NCBI GenBank assembly: GCA_025451045.1
Contig: JANWLD010000003.1
Span: 69,690 to 133,689 of the forward strand
Reading direction: 5' to 3'
Length of the DNA: 64,000 nt
DNA from: Candidatus Saccharimonadales bacterium
GTDB lineage: Bacteria > Patescibacteriota > Saccharimonadia > Saccharimonadales > 2-12-FULL-41-12
This document shows positions 9,766 to 20,616 of this stretch, one piece after another. Each line of letters opens with the position of its first letter. The stretch's first letter is position 1. Made by a program: the position numbers and the translations under genes. The notes below the pieces were generated by a model, which was given only the letters and a program-made list of their open reading frames with translations, was not told where the DNA came from and did not search any database.

Positions 9766-11004
9766 TTATTTCCTTTCGATTACGATGAGTTCACGTCCGA
9801 CAACCTGATCAGGTCTGTGATATATCAAATCGTCATTAGCAACGCGTGAGAATTTCAACCTATTGTACCCCAGTTGTTCTAATTTATCAAGGGTGGGGAG
9901 GCGAGTGAAGCCGCTTTTGGTCTTCCAGGCAGGGACGGCGATGCAGAGTCGAAAACCCGGTTTGGTTTGCGAAGAGATGTTTTTTAAGAATTTTTTAATA
10001 ATTGTGTCGCAGTCACTGACAATTTTTTTCAATGTTTGGTTGTCAGGCAAAGACGATAACGGGCGGCCTAAGAATGCTTCGCCGGCGATGACATCAGGCT
10101 TCGTTGTCCAGCGGTAGTTGGTCGCGTCGGCCTGCTCTAACCCCTTGAGCGAACCGCCGAAAGCGAAGGTATCTTCCAGCCAGTCTATGTTTTGTTGGCT
10201 ATATTCAACCATCCGCGGCTCTATGTCGCTGCCGAAGACGCCATAACCCATAAGCATCGCTTCCTGCAAAATTACGCCGGTACCGCAAAACGGGTCCAGC
10301 AGTAGCACGCCATCGTAATGATAGGCCGGAATCGGCTCGTCCGGCGGGATTTCGCAGACCGATTGGCGTGATTCTTCCGGTAATATTCCAGTAGCTAGGT
10401 TGATAATTATCTGGGCCAGTTTGGGCGGCAGCATGCCGACGCGGGCATCGCGGGCGGGTCGGGCTTGGTCGCGCCGGGAATAGCTTTCGATATCCTGTAC
10501 TTTTACGGTTTGGGCTACGATGGTGCTTTTGCCGTCGCGAATAAAAACCAGCTCCCAGCCGGTTGGCCCGGTCAGCTGGTTGTGGGTTACTTGCGCGGCA
10601 TTAAGCTCGGGCGATTTATTGGGGACAACGCGGACATTTCGGCCGGTCTTCTTAATAGCAGTCTTAAGTGTCAGAGCAGTGGCGTTCAGCTGTTTTATAC
10701 CGACATTCAGGCCGACTACGCTTAGCCCTAAGCGCATTTTGCCCTCAACCATCCGTTGGCTATGGCCGGGCGAAACCTGCACTAGAAATTTTTCAATCTC
10801 TTTCCAGTCGATAGTGTCGAGGGTAGTTAGGACGTTACAAAATTTTAAGCTGCCGCCTAAACGGTCAAAGGCAAATAAACAAGGGTCCACATCTACAATA
10901 GTGGTTTTTTCACCGACTGGCCGGACTTTTTTGCTGCCGTATAGGCTTTCCAGCTCAGCCCGGCCTAGTGCCGGTTGCCGCCCATGGACTATCAAACTTT
11001 GCAT
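9766..11004 (-). CDS. Trm11-like SAM-dependent RNA methyltransferase
   Basis: GMLPPKLAQIIINL, LLDPFCGTGVILQEA, GSDI; start at ATG 11004. Confidence 0.8.
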   Translation of the reverse strand: MQSLIVHGRQPALGRAELESLYGSKKVRPVGEKTTIVDVDPCLFAFDRLGGSLKFCNVLTTLDTIDWKEIEKFLVQVSPGHSQRMVEGKMRLGLSVVGLNVGIKQLNATALTLKTAIKKTGRNVRVVPNKSPELNAAQVTHNQLTGPTGWELVFIRDGKSTIVAQTVKVQDIESYSRRDQARPARDARVGMLPPKLAQIIINLATGILPEESRQSVCEIPPDEPIPAYHYDGVLLLDPFCGTGVILQEAMLMGYGVFGSDIEPRMVEYSQQNIDWLEDTFAFGGSLKGLEQADATNYRWTTKPDVIAGEAFLGRPLSSLPDNQTLKKIVSDCDTIIKKFLKNISSQTKPGFRLCIAVPAWKTKSGFTRLPTLDKLEQLGYNRLKFSRVANDDLIYHRPDQVVGRELIVIERK

Positions 11005-11097
11005 TGTTACAGTATAGAACAATTGACTAACTATTGACTAATGTGGTATAATATATAAATAATGTATATAGAGGCTGTATAAGATAGGATTAACCAT

Positions 11098-11436
11098 ATG
11101 CCGGTAAGTGTGTTTGAAACTACGGAAAGTAACAACAGAAGGGAAATCATTGTTACGCCACAGAAGCCGAAAGTATATCGGAACCATTCCAGCCAAAGGG
11201 GCGGCGAGGTCATATTAGTCGCCACTTTCGAAGATGATACGATGGCGTTGATAATGAAAATTTCCCGTATGGCCCTTATGGCCAGCCGCGGTGAAGAGCC
11301 CTCTATGCGACGAATGATGAGGTTCGTTAATAGCATGGTAGTAGTGCGCCAGGGTATTGAAGTAGTAGATTACGAACCGAACCCTGGTAGGACCGAACTC
11401 TTTGAGGTCCAGCATTTATCAACTGCTAATAACTAA
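11098..11436 (+). CDS. hypothetical protein
   Basis: 112-aa ORF downstream of TTGACT..TATAAT-like promoter. Confidence 0.5.
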   Translation: MPVSVFETTESNNRREIIVTPQKPKVYRNHSSQRGGEVILVATFEDDTMALIMKISRMALMASRGEEPSMRRMMRFVNSMVVVRQGIEVVDYEPNPGRTELFEVQHLSTANN

Positions 11437-11660
11437 ATTTGATCTATACGGTGTTTGCGCGGCGGGCGGACATCAAATTCCAGAGGGGCTTCACGAAAGG
11501 CATTCATCGCCACTTCGCCGATACGCCTGACTGAGTGCAAGCTGCTCATAACAGTTTCGCCGGCACTTTTTACGACTGTTTTGAACCTTTCCCCGCTGGA
11601 TTCCGGGGTACGGAGGCTTGCGCCTGAAGAACTGTGGTTTGCTACGCTATTATTTGCCAT
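11433..11660 (-). CDS. hypothetical protein
   Basis: ORF from ATG 11660 with TATAAT just upstream; convergent with previous ORF. Confidence 0.45.
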   Translation of the reverse strand: MANNSVANHSSSGASLRTPESSGERFKTVVKSAGETVMSSLHSVRRIGEVAMNAFREAPLEFDVRPPRKHRIDQI

Positions 11661-11811
11661 AGAAAACATATTATATATAGGATTTTCGGCGGTCAGCAAA
11701 ATTGTCAAAATGGCCTGTTTTTTAGCGCTAAAATGCTTATTTTTATATCAAAAAAGATATTTTTACCAAAAAACAATAAAAATTATTTCGATAAAGGTCT
11801 TCGACCTTTTT

Positions 11812-11990
11812 ACCGACCCGCTTTTGGTGTCAAAAGCGGGACAAAACCACCGGGACTAGTTCAATATCTTTATTGTTTCATTGCCCAAGCCAACAACAGC
11901 CTGCGGAACTCGCTATCGCTCAAACAGTCCTCGGCTATTAGTTGTTGTTTAGACATTTACCAATCAGGATATATCACAATGCCCGGACCC
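11812..11990 (+). repeat. structured dispersed repeat, family A copy 1
   Basis: 179 bp with 4 mismatches (by eye) to 34058-34236; hairpin cccgcttttg/caaaagcggg. Confidence 0.9.
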
Positions 11991-12019
11991 ATGCCTGAAA
12001 ATACCAAGGTATTTTCTTT

Positions 12020-12246
12020 CCAGCATTTACAAAACCGAGTGAGGGACTTTTAATTTGACCGGGTGGAACGAAAAGCAACCCATTTCCTCCCTAAGAATCA
12101 TGAGATGGGCGACTGATAAGGAGTTTTTTCATTCAGGTCAAATTAAAACAAAGCGGACCTAGAGTTTTGTAACCTGCTGTCAGTTTTTGGATTCCGTTTT
12201 TGCTGACTCAAAAATGGAATGGTTTGGTTCTTGGCCACAAGAACAT
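12020..12246 (-). repeat. structured dispersed repeat, family A' copy 1
   Basis: reverse complement aligns with 27822-28029; ~58-bp near-identical block plus compensatory stems. Confidence 0.85.
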
Positions 12247-12271
12247 ATTGGGTTCTTTTTAAAGAATGTCT

Positions 12272-12526
12272 TCAATTTATTGATTCTGGTTTTTCCGGAT
12301 GAAGGGTAACTACTACTTCGTTCGGGCCGCCTTCAGGCGGATCATAAATACCTCGTCTTTCAGGGATAGGAACTATTCGCATAAAGTGATTGCCGGTTCG
12401 CATAAAAGTCCGAGGTTTTTGTGGAGGATATTCAATAGGTACATCCGCGTTTATCGGCCGCTCTTTGCTTTCGCCTTTAGCCTGCCGGGCTAAGCCCATT
12501 AAAGATGATAATCTGCCGTTTGCCAT
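12272..12526 (-). CDS. hypothetical protein
   Basis: 84-aa ORF, AT-rich promoter-like upstream sequence. Confidence 0.5.
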   Translation of the reverse strand: MANGRLSSLMGLARQAKGESKERPINADVPIEYPPQKPRTFMRTGNHFMRIVPIPERRGIYDPPEGGPNEVVVTLHPEKPESIN

Positions 12527-12581
12527 AGAAAATAACCTTACAATACATTAAGGATAAAAGCAATAATGCTATCATAAAGTT

Positions 12582-12908
12582 ATGAAAAACAGGACTAAAC
12601 TCCAACAGGTAGGCTGGTGGGCAACCCTGTGGTGGGGCGTATCTTGTGCGTATGTCCTGTTGTTGGTCTGGCTGGCCGCCGACACCTATGCCGATATTTC
12701 CGAAAGCGCTGACTCACAAGGTTTTTTCTCTGACTGGCAATCAGCAGTTAGCAGTATTTACGCCGAAAATAGCTACTTGCCGGCATTACTCGGTTTTATC
12801 ATAGTTGTTTGGATTATCGGCGGTATCATCTGGCTAAAGGAACTTAAAAAGCAGAAAATCAGCTACAAAGCCGCCTTCAAAGATTTATTCCTGACCATCC
12901 GAAAATAG
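12582..12908 (+). CDS. hypothetical membrane protein (2 TM)
   Basis: two hydrophobic segments; TATCAT 6 nt before ATG. Confidence 0.65.
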   Translation: MKNRTKLQQVGWWATLWWGVSCAYVLLLVWLAADTYADISESADSQGFFSDWQSAVSSIYAENSYLPALLGFIIVVWIIGGIIWLKELKKQKISYKAAFKDLFLTIRK

Positions 12909-12926
12909 TAAGTTCATAGACATTTT

Positions 12927-13382
12927 TTAGCCGTCGTCACGGCGGTTTTGCAGTATGAACAGACCGGCGCCTAGCAGGGCAAAGGCATAATCTTTGGTCG
13001 TTTCTGGCAGATTCTGGGCTGACAGGAAATTGATATATTGAGGATCGGCTATGAGTGCACTTTGGGTTTTTTCAGTAACAAAATTAGCAACTGTCGCCCC
13101 AGCTATAGCAACACTGGTCCGGAACCGGTCTGATATTCTACCAAATGCCGAAGTGGCCGCCCAGGCTCCGGTGTAACCGAGCACGGGATGGGCCAAACTG
13201 CTGGCAATAAACTTCGGAACTTCGGGTAGAGTGTTGGTGACACCGAGATATTCTGCGGTAGTAGCCAGTAAAGCCGCTCCGCCCAGGGCGCTGGCTGTGT
13301 ATACTTTAGTGCGCATACTTTCGGGTAGTGGCGGCAAGGACCCCAATTTTTCCGGAGCAACTGACTCAACTTGTTCATTCAC
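12927..13382 (-). CDS. hypothetical membrane protein
   Basis: hydrophobic segments; GTG 13382 preceded by a -10-like TATTAT. Confidence 0.55.
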   Translation of the reverse strand: MNEQVESVAPEKLGSLPPLPESMRTKVYTASALGGAALLATTAEYLGVTNTLPEVPKFIASSLAHPVLGYTGAWAATSAFGRISDRFRTSVAIAGATVANFVTEKTQSALIADPQYINFLSAQNLPETTKDYAFALLGAGLFILQNRRDDG

Positions 13383-13448
13383 CGTCCAATAATACCAGAC
13401 AAAACCGCCCGTTAGGAAATTAGCACAGAAAATGGCATAATATAGTAA

Positions 13449-14000
13449 ATGGTTAATGTTGAGCCGGGACCGGCTACTCACGAAGTGTATGAAGCCCAAC
13501 AGGAAAACAGGCTTAGGGGTAAAGATTTGTCCGAAGCGTGCGGAATCTATAGCTTTCTTGTGCGCTACGAGCATGGCGCTTTTAAGTTCAATAGTGTCAT
13601 CAATGACGTTAGGACGACTGCGCTAGGCTATCACGCGGTGTCGGTTAATATAGGTGTGCCGACTTCCACCAGAAACGGTTATCAGACAATGGTCAAAGCC
13701 AAAGACGGCTTGGTCTTGCCGCGGCATTTAATCGGCGGGCCGCTTCGGACGCTTTCTTTTCCTAGTCCGGAATCAGCTTATTTTTACAAGGAAGACAGGG
13801 AAGCAGACCTAGCGCCGGAAGAGCTTGCTTGGACCGGCGACGACACCGCAGAGGCCCTCAGTCTTTATGAAGGGCACGAGGAGCAAAAGCAGCAGCATTG
13901 GAAGCCGGGAGACAAAGTAATCCCGCATCCGTTGCTCGGCATCGGGCCGTTACTAGGCCTTGGCTTCGTAGTAGTGCCCAACCTCCGTCGCTCCCAATAA
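13449..14000 (+). CDS. hypothetical protein
   Basis: 183-aa ORF, divergent from previous gene. Confidence 0.55.
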   Translation: MVNVEPGPATHEVYEAQQENRLRGKDLSEACGIYSFLVRYEHGAFKFNSVINDVRTTALGYHAVSVNIGVPTSTRNGYQTMVKAKDGLVLPRHLIGGPLRTLSFPSPESAYFYKEDREADLAPEELAWTGDDTAEALSLYEGHEEQKQQHWKPGDKVIPHPLLGIGPLLGLGFVVVPNLRRSQ

Positions 14001-14053
14001 AATTAAATAAAGATTAAACTTTCATTAAATAATTATTAATTTTCCTGTCAATT

Positions 14054-14207
14054 CAAAAACCCCTTAAAAATGTTATTTAGGCGTGAATTTGGGCTAAAAA
14101 TACTATAAATTCACGTTGTATTGACATTTAGGCGTGAATTTAGCCGCCAAAACGGTGTTTGGAAAATTGGGAAGTAATACCTACAAAAACCCCTTAAAAA
14201 ATGCTAT
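14054..14207 (+). promoter_or_regulatory. duplicated promoter segment and repeated CGTGAATTT boxes upstream of hsdM
   Basis: caaaaaccccttaaaaa(a)tg(t/c)tat at 14054 and 14184; atttaggcgtgaattt at 14075 and 14126; inverted aaattcacg at 14107. Confidence 0.6.
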
Positions 14208-14235
14208 GATTACTACTGTATTTCAGGAGTTAATT

Positions 14236-15726
14236 TTGGATATTCAACATTTAGAACAAAAACTTTGGCAATCTGCCGACAAACTACGAAACAACATGGA
14301 CGCGGCCGAGTATAAACATGTGGTGCTTGGACTTATTTTTCTCAAATACGTTTCAGATGCCTTTGCCGTACAGTACAAAAAAGCCGAAAAAGAGGGTTAC
14401 GACCCAGAAGACCGCGACTTTTACAAAATGGATAACATCTTTTGGGTGCCAAAAGAAGCCCGTTGGGATAATATTCGCGACAATGCGAAACAGCCCGAAA
14501 TAGGCAAACTACTTGATAATGCAATGGATGCCATAGAGCGTGAAAATACATCGCTCAAAGGTGTTTTACCGAAGAATTACGGTCGGGAAGCACTGGACAA
14601 AAGGCGCCTAGGGGAGCTAATAGACCTCTTCAGTACTGTTTCGCTTAACGAGGACGGGCACAAGAGCAAAGACCTTTTAGGCAGAATCTATGAATACTTT
14701 ATGGGCATGTTTGCCGATGCAGAGGGCAAGCGCGGCGGGCAGTTCTACACTCCGCGCAGTATAGTTCGCCTGCTTGTAAACATGGTTGAGCCTCATAAAG
14801 GCGCTAGAATTTATGACCCTTGCTGTGGTAGTGGTGGAATGTTTGTTCAGAGCGAAGAATTCGTAGAGGAACATTCTGGCAATATCGGCGATATTGCCAT
14901 TTACGGCCAGGAAAGCAACCAAACCACCTGGCGACTTATTAAGATGAACATGGCCATCCGCGGTATCGATGCAGATATCAAATACGGCGATACTTTGCAC
15001 AATGACCAGTTAAAAGATCTAAAAGCAGATGTTGTTTTAGCTAATCCGCCGTTTAATATAAGTGATTGGGGCGGTGAATTACTGCAGAGCGATGTTCGCT
15101 GGAAGTATGGCCCTCCGCCGAAGGGTAATGCTAACTTTGCTTGGGTTCAGCATTTTATCCATCATTTAAACCCAACCGGTACAGCCGGGTTTGTCTTAGC
15201 AAATGGTTCTATGAGTTCGCAAAGTTCCGGCGAAGGAGAAATCCGCAAAAACATTATCAAGGCAGATTTGGTAGATGCAATAGTTGCTTTACCAAGCCAG
15301 CTATTCTTTAACACTGGCATCCCAGCTTGTCTTTGGTTTGTTTCAAGAGATCGCAAAAATCGCAGCGGCAAAACTTTGTTTATCGACGCTCGCAATATGG
15401 GCAACATGATAAACCGCCGCAACCGCGAACTTACGGATGAAGATATAGTCAAAGTTGCAGAAATCTATAATGAATTTAAAAAATCAGGAACAGTAGAAGA
15501 TGTCCCCGGCTTTGCTAAAGTTTCAACTATAGATGAAATAAAAGAACATGACTATGTCCTTACGCCTGGTCGGTATGTAGGCGCAGAAGAAATAGAAGAA
15601 GACGACGAAACTTTCGAAGAAAAAATGCAAAAACTCACAACAGAACTAAAAGGACAATTTGCAGAATCCGACAAGTTAGAAAAGCAAATTAAAGAAAATT
15701 TAAAGAAGATCGGTTATGAATTATGA
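14236..15726 (+). CDS. hsdM: type I restriction-modification methyltransferase subunit (m6A)
   Basis: [30 protein letters not shown] 14236 after AGGAG. Confidence 0.96.
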   Translation: MDIQHLEQKLWQSADKLRNNMDAAEYKHVVLGLIFLKYVSDAFAVQYKKAEKEGYDPEDRDFYKMDNIFWVPKEARWDNIRDNAKQPEIGKLLDNAMDAIERENTSLKGVLPKNYGREALDKRRLGELIDLFSTVSLNEDGHKSKDLLGRIYEYFMGMFADAEGKRGGQFYTPRSIVRLLVNMVEPHKGARIYDPCCGSGGMFVQSEEFVEEHSGNIGDIAIYGQESNQTTWRLIKMNMAIRGIDADIKYGDTLHNDQLKDLKADVVLANPPFNISDWGGELLQSDVRWKYGPPPKGNANFAWVQHFIHHLNPTGTAGFVLANGSMSSQSSGEGEIRKNIIKADLVDAIVALPSQLFFNTGIPACLWFVSRDRKNRSGKTLFIDARNMGNMINRRNRELTDEDIVKVAEIYNEFKKSGTVEDVPGFAKVSTIDEIKEHDYVLTPGRYVGAEEIEEDDETFEEKMQKLTTELKGQFAESDKLEKQIKENLKKIGYEL

Positions 15727-17141
15727 GTAAAGATGAAGTGACTATATTTTATTCATGGCAGTCAGATGAACCTAAGACCCGAAGCTACATTGAAAAATAT
15801 CTAAAAAATGCTATTGACGGTGTAGCAAGCAAGCCCGATTTAGAAATATCACCTAGAATGGATAAGGACACGCAAGATGAAGTGGGCGCAGTTCATATTG
15901 CTGAAACTATAAAAAAGAAAATAGATAAATGTGGAATCTTCGTCGCTGATGTTAGTTTGGTTGATAAAGGGGCTTCAGGGCGTTTATTAGTAAATCAAAA
16001 TGTACTTTTTGAACTAGGTTATACAGTTGGCAAGAAATCAGAATCATCTGTAATTTTAGTTGCCAATACCGATTTAGGAGATTTAAAAAATCTTCCATTT
16101 GATATTGCATATAATCGTATAATAGGGTTTTCTTTAAAAAACGATCCAAAGGGAGAAAAGTTTCAAAAATCAATTGAGTTTGCCATCAATGCCCACTTGG
16201 AGACCATATCAGTTCAGGAAAAACAGGATGAGTCAGAAGTCCTCAAGGAAAATCTTCTTTCGGCGATTGATAACAATAAACCCACCCGAACCTTATCAGA
16301 AAAATATTTTTCACAGTTATATAAAAAAATTAATTCAAAAGCACCAAGTCGTTATAAATCTAGAGATAATATTAAAGAATATAGAGCTCAAATTTATAAC
16401 AACTACGAAACCACTAAACCTTTAACCGAAGAATTATTTGAAGTGTTATCTGTGGCAACGGAATATAAAAAAATTGACGTGATATTAACAGCCTATAAAC
16501 AGATTGAGATCATATCACAATATTACGATATTGTACCCGAAGATAATGGCCAAATGTACGATATTTCAAGAGATTTTTATGAATTAGTGGTGTATGAGAT
16601 TTTTTCTATAATTTTAGGCTGCGTAGCAAAAGAAAAGTTGTGGGAGATATTACCAGAGATAAATAGTATTAAGCTTCGAAGACCGAGTGGTTATGACAAG
16701 CCACGTACTCTAGAACGTCTTTATGGCTATCCTGGAGCTGTACTTGAATATTATAAAGAGCTAAAAGATGTTAATTATGTGATTCCTATGACACCTATGG
16801 TAGAAGAAAGGTTTAAAGATAGAGAAGACATTCTGCAAGCTTATCTTAATGGATGTTTGCTCATGTATTTTATGGTTAATAACCATCCTTGGTTAGTGGG
16901 CTTACTCCTTGGAAGCTCTTGGCAACGATATATTCCGGACTTTATAGGAGAATTCCGAAAAAAAAGTTTTATAAATATTCTTCAAAAAATACCCAACGTA
17001 GCTTCTATAGATGAATACCGCACATACCTTTGGAGTCAAATAAATAGAGATATGGGGCACTGGTCATATTCGCAAGATAACTTACTTCCTGTATTCATGA
17101 TGGAAGGCATTAACCAAAAAGAAGATATAGGAAAAGAGTGA
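15723..17141 (+). CDS. TIR-like/nucleoside deoxyribosyltransferase-like N-terminal domain protein
   Basis: [34 protein letters not shown] overlap with hsdM; AT-rich. Confidence 0.7.
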   Translation: MSKDEVTIFYSWQSDEPKTRSYIEKYLKNAIDGVASKPDLEISPRMDKDTQDEVGAVHIAETIKKKIDKCGIFVADVSLVDKGASGRLLVNQNVLFELGYTVGKKSESSVILVANTDLGDLKNLPFDIAYNRIIGFSLKNDPKGEKFQKSIEFAINAHLETISVQEKQDESEVLKENLLSAIDNNKPTRTLSEKYFSQLYKKINSKAPSRYKSRDNIKEYRAQIYNNYETTKPLTEELFEVLSVATEYKKIDVILTAYKQIEIISQYYDIVPEDNGQMYDISRDFYELVVYEIFSIILGCVAKEKLWEILPEINSIKLRRPSGYDKPRTLERLYGYPGAVLEYYKELKDVNYVIPMTPMVEERFKDREDILQAYLNGCLLMYFMVNNHPWLVGLLLGSSWQRYIPDFIGEFRKKSFINILQKIPNVASIDEYRTYLWSQINRDMGHWSYSQDNLLPVFMMEGINQKEDIGKE

Positions 17142-17168
17142 GCTGGATTGTTTATTTGGAATTAAATC

Positions 17169-18245
17169 ATGAGTAAACCAACTCTAAGTATTTATACCTT
17201 CAAGTTCGTTGTACGCGCCAATAGCTGGGACGATGTAGTATCAATATTAAAAGATGAGCTTGGTATTACGAAAAAACGAAACTCTAGTGACCGAAAAATA
17301 AGCGGCCTCTATCTTGTATCCTGTATTATTGATGATAAAGATATCACGAAAAATTTTTACAAAAAAATTGCTAAGTCCAATAATATAGTCATTCATTCAG
17401 ACGGTAAGTCTACTTCATTGTACCCAAAAATTTTAAAAGAAACTCAGATAGTCGAAGAAAAATTACGCTGGCTCCTGCTCCACGTAAGCGATGCAATAGA
17501 AGATTACGTAAAATTACTAGGGTATGAAAAAAACGATATTGTAGAAAATAGCAGCCTTGATCCACTTACTTCTAAATTAAGCTTTGAGACCATACTTGAT
17601 TTACTAGAAATAGATCAGTCATGGGCGAGAGATGGTGTAGATGATGGAAAGATGCGTCATCTTATAAAAAATAGTAGTGATTTTGCAACCTTTAAATCTA
17701 AATATATAGAGAAAACAACACCGAAAACAGTCTGGGGATCTATAAGCGACCTAGTGCTAGAACGACCTATAAAGTGGGAAACTATTTATAAAAAGCTTCA
17801 TAGTATACGAATACTTCGTAATAAGTGCGCGCATTTTCATACTGTAACAAGTGATGATTTTAGTCAGGCAAAGCATTTACGCACACAAATTATGAAAAAC
17901 CTAACGAAGAAAAGTTCATATACCTCTACGGATATTAAGACACTAACGGAACTTAGTAAGCAAATGGTAGAAACCGTAAGAACGCTACAGACGAGTTATT
18001 ACAAAGATATTGCTAAGTTAACCAATGCCTCTTTCTCTGCGCAGCAAGCATTAGCAAATCTTTCGGGGGGCGCGTATCAATCTCCATCAATAGCAGAGCT
18101 GGCAAAATCTGTAACACGAATGGTCAACAAAATGTATGCACCGGTGTTTAGTAGTGACTATTATAAACTTGCATCAAGAATGCCAGTATCGGGTCTAAAA
18201 GATAACGACAGTTCTCCTACTAAAAAGACAGGGGAAAAGCAATGA
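17169..18245 (+). CDS. HEPN-domain protein (putative RNase)
   Basis: R-x4-H motif LRNKCAH, N-terminal EEKLR helix; AT-rich. Confidence 0.65.
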   Translation: MSKPTLSIYTFKFVVRANSWDDVVSILKDELGITKKRNSSDRKISGLYLVSCIIDDKDITKNFYKKIAKSNNIVIHSDGKSTSLYPKILKETQIVEEKLRWLLLHVSDAIEDYVKLLGYEKNDIVENSSLDPLTSKLSFETILDLLEIDQSWARDGVDDGKMRHLIKNSSDFATFKSKYIEKTTPKTVWGSISDLVLERPIKWETIYKKLHSIRILRNKCAHFHTVTSDDFSQAKHLRTQIMKNLTKKSSYTSTDIKTLTELSKQMVETVRTLQTSYYKDIAKLTNASFSAQQALANLSGGAYQSPSIAELAKSVTRMVNKMYAPVFSSDYYKLASRMPVSGLKDNDSSPTKKTGEKQ

Positions 18246-19411
18246 AAAAAACGGTTTTGTTTGAGGATTTGGTAGCTCAAAAAATAGATAATCGAGGCAA
18301 GACGCCTCCTATTATAGATAGCGGATATCCGCTCCTAGAAGTTAATGCTATTTCAAAGAATAGTATTTATCCTGATTCCACAAAGGCGAGAAAATTCGTT
18401 GCTCAAGAAACCTGGGATAACTGGTTTCGCCAACACCTTGAAGAAGGCGACATTTTATTTACTACAGTTGGTACTATCGCCGAGTCAGCAATTGTACCAA
18501 AAAATCCCGGCTATGCTGTTGCGCAAAATATCCTTGGGTTTAGATTTGATAAAAAAGAGATCGAGCCATTTTATGCGCTATATCTAATGCGCAGTAAGTG
18601 GTTTATAGATCAAATTGCCGGGAGAACGGTGGAGACCGTTCAAAAAAGCATAAAATGGGCAGATATGCGGGGAATAAAAATAACCCTGCCGCCCATTAGC
18701 GAACAACAAAAAATAACTGAAATTGCCCGAGGAATTGATGAAATGATTGAGCTGAATCGGCGGATGAATGAGACTTTAGAAAAAATCGGCCAAACCCTTT
18801 TTAAACATTATTTTATAAACAACCCCGAAGCGGAGAAGTGGGAAAGAGGCATTTTGAGCGATATTATCGCGCTTAATCCACGCGAATCAATTCCAAAAAA
18901 CTTTCCGGTGAGATACCTTGAAATGAAGAATGTGCCGGAAGTTGGCATGAGTGTTAAGGCAACTGAGATTCGTAACTTTACGGCCGGCATGAAATACAGG
19001 AATGGGGACACTTTGCTTGCACGAATTACGCCGTGTCTTGAAAATGGAAAAACTGCCTTTGTAGATTTTCTCGATCAGGATGAGGCCGGTTTCGGCTCTA
19101 CAGAATATATTGTCATGAGACCAAAACAGGTTGAGCTGACGGAATATATTTATTTCCTTGCTAGGAGTAGTGTTTTTCGAGCATTTGCTATACAAAGCAT
19201 GGTTGGTACATCAGGCAGGCAGCGCGTGCAAAACGATTCCGTCGCGGCATATGAAGTAGCTATCCCTGATGTAGATTTACTTGCTAAGTTTCATCAAAAA
19301 ATGCAGAAGGCTTTTGCGCAAATCCGAAACAACGCTCGACAAATCCAAACCCTAACCATCCTCCGCGACACCCTCCTACCACACCTAATCTCCGGAAAGA
19401 TAAAAGTATGA
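18242..19411 (+). CDS. hsdS: type I restriction-modification specificity subunit
   Basis: two TRDs, LPPISEQQKI..IELNRRMNETLE spacer, LRDTLLPHLISG C-terminus. Confidence 0.93.
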   Translation: MKKTVLFEDLVAQKIDNRGKTPPIIDSGYPLLEVNAISKNSIYPDSTKARKFVAQETWDNWFRQHLEEGDILFTTVGTIAESAIVPKNPGYAVAQNILGFRFDKKEIEPFYALYLMRSKWFIDQIAGRTVETVQKSIKWADMRGIKITLPPISEQQKITEIARGIDEMIELNRRMNETLEKIGQTLFKHYFINNPEAEKWERGILSDIIALNPRESIPKNFPVRYLEMKNVPEVGMSVKATEIRNFTAGMKYRNGDTLLARITPCLENGKTAFVDFLDQDEAGFGSTEYIVMRPKQVELTEYIYFLARSSVFRAFAIQSMVGTSGRQRVQNDSVAAYEVAIPDVDLLAKFHQKMQKAFAQIRNNARQIQTLTILRDTLLPHLISGKIKV

Positions 19412-20541
19412 GCTTGAGCCAAGGGTGGATCACCCCCAAGTATGATCCGATAGAACAAATACCAAACCAACTAAACGCAGGCTTAGATAGTGTTGATATT
19501 TGCAGCCAGTTCACAGCTAGAGCTGTTAAAAATGGTTTTGCTAATTCTGGTCTTAAAGCAATTCAGGATGGGCCAAGAGCAAAAATATTTGTATCAGCCC
19601 TACACATACCTGATATAAAAGAGGGTACCTCGCATCATTTCAAATTAGACATTGTAAAGTTTACAAGACCGAATAAAGACACTCCGTGGAAAAGGATAAA
19701 TTTTCAAACCATAGACAAAAAGGAGAGTATTGACCAGCTCATGACTTTCTTAAGAGAGCAGGCCTCTCTAGTTGGCGTGAAGATTGAAGACAATAAGCAA
19801 TATCAAGCAATTGCTGTAAATAATAAGCTAGGCGTGACCATTGAAAAAGTTCAAGCTTTTGTTGCGGACGCTCTATCTGGAGATAAGGCGGTGGTTGAAA
19901 AAGAGATATTAAAAACTCTTAAACAACAAAGGAGCTCAAAAGAACAAATAAAGCAGTACGAGAATGATCTCGCTGAGTTCAAAAGACTTATAGCGGAACC
20001 GGGGACTACAGAGACAGATATGCAAAATTTTCTTTCAACTCGCTTCTGGTTCTTTGGCCTAGATTATATCCAGAGCCATCTTCGATCAAAACCAAAATTT
20101 AGCACTGGCTTGGGGTCTGAGTATGACTTTCTTCTAGAAGGCTTCAATCAAGTTTATGACATTGCAGAGCTCAAGGGGCCTAATGCAAAGTTAATCGATG
20201 AAGTTAAAGCTTCAGATCGAAAAGGCGCATTCGATCCAAGGGTTGATTATAAATATTCTAGCGATTTTGGACGAGCTCTTCATCAAGTAATTTCTTATTT
20301 GGATGAGTTTGAGCAAAATTTTGGAAAAATAGAGGAGAGCCAGCCATCTATAAAACGATTCAACTATCCCTCTGCTGTTATTGTTATATCAAAAAGAAGT
20401 TTGTTTCCTGAGGCCGGTAAAGATAGTAAAAAATATTTACATTTGCTCAATCGACAGTTTGCAAATATTGACATTCTTACATATGACGATTTGGCAGACA
20501 GAGCAGAAAATATAATAAAATTCATGAAAGAAGAGTCCTGA
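19408..20541 (+). CDS. Shedu-like (DUF4263) PD-(D/E)xK anti-phage nuclease
   Basis: ETDMQNFL..WFFG, YDFLL..IAELKGP, ALHQVISY, ILTYDDL. Confidence 0.8.
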   Translation: MSLSQGWITPKYDPIEQIPNQLNAGLDSVDICSQFTARAVKNGFANSGLKAIQDGPRAKIFVSALHIPDIKEGTSHHFKLDIVKFTRPNKDTPWKRINFQTIDKKESIDQLMTFLREQASLVGVKIEDNKQYQAIAVNNKLGVTIEKVQAFVADALSGDKAVVEKEILKTLKQQRSSKEQIKQYENDLAEFKRLIAEPGTTETDMQNFLSTRFWFFGLDYIQSHLRSKPKFSTGLGSEYDFLLEGFNQVYDIAELKGPNAKLIDEVKASDRKGAFDPRVDYKYSSDFGRALHQVISYLDEFEQNFGKIEESQPSIKRFNYPSAVIVISKRSLFPEAGKDSKKYLHLLNRQFANIDILTYDDLADRAENIIKFMKEES

Positions 20542-20616
20542 CATGGACAAAGCGCAATTACTGACAAGACGACGAGCCTCACTTCTGTTTTTCCTAATGT
20601 CCGTAAAGCTAAAAGT

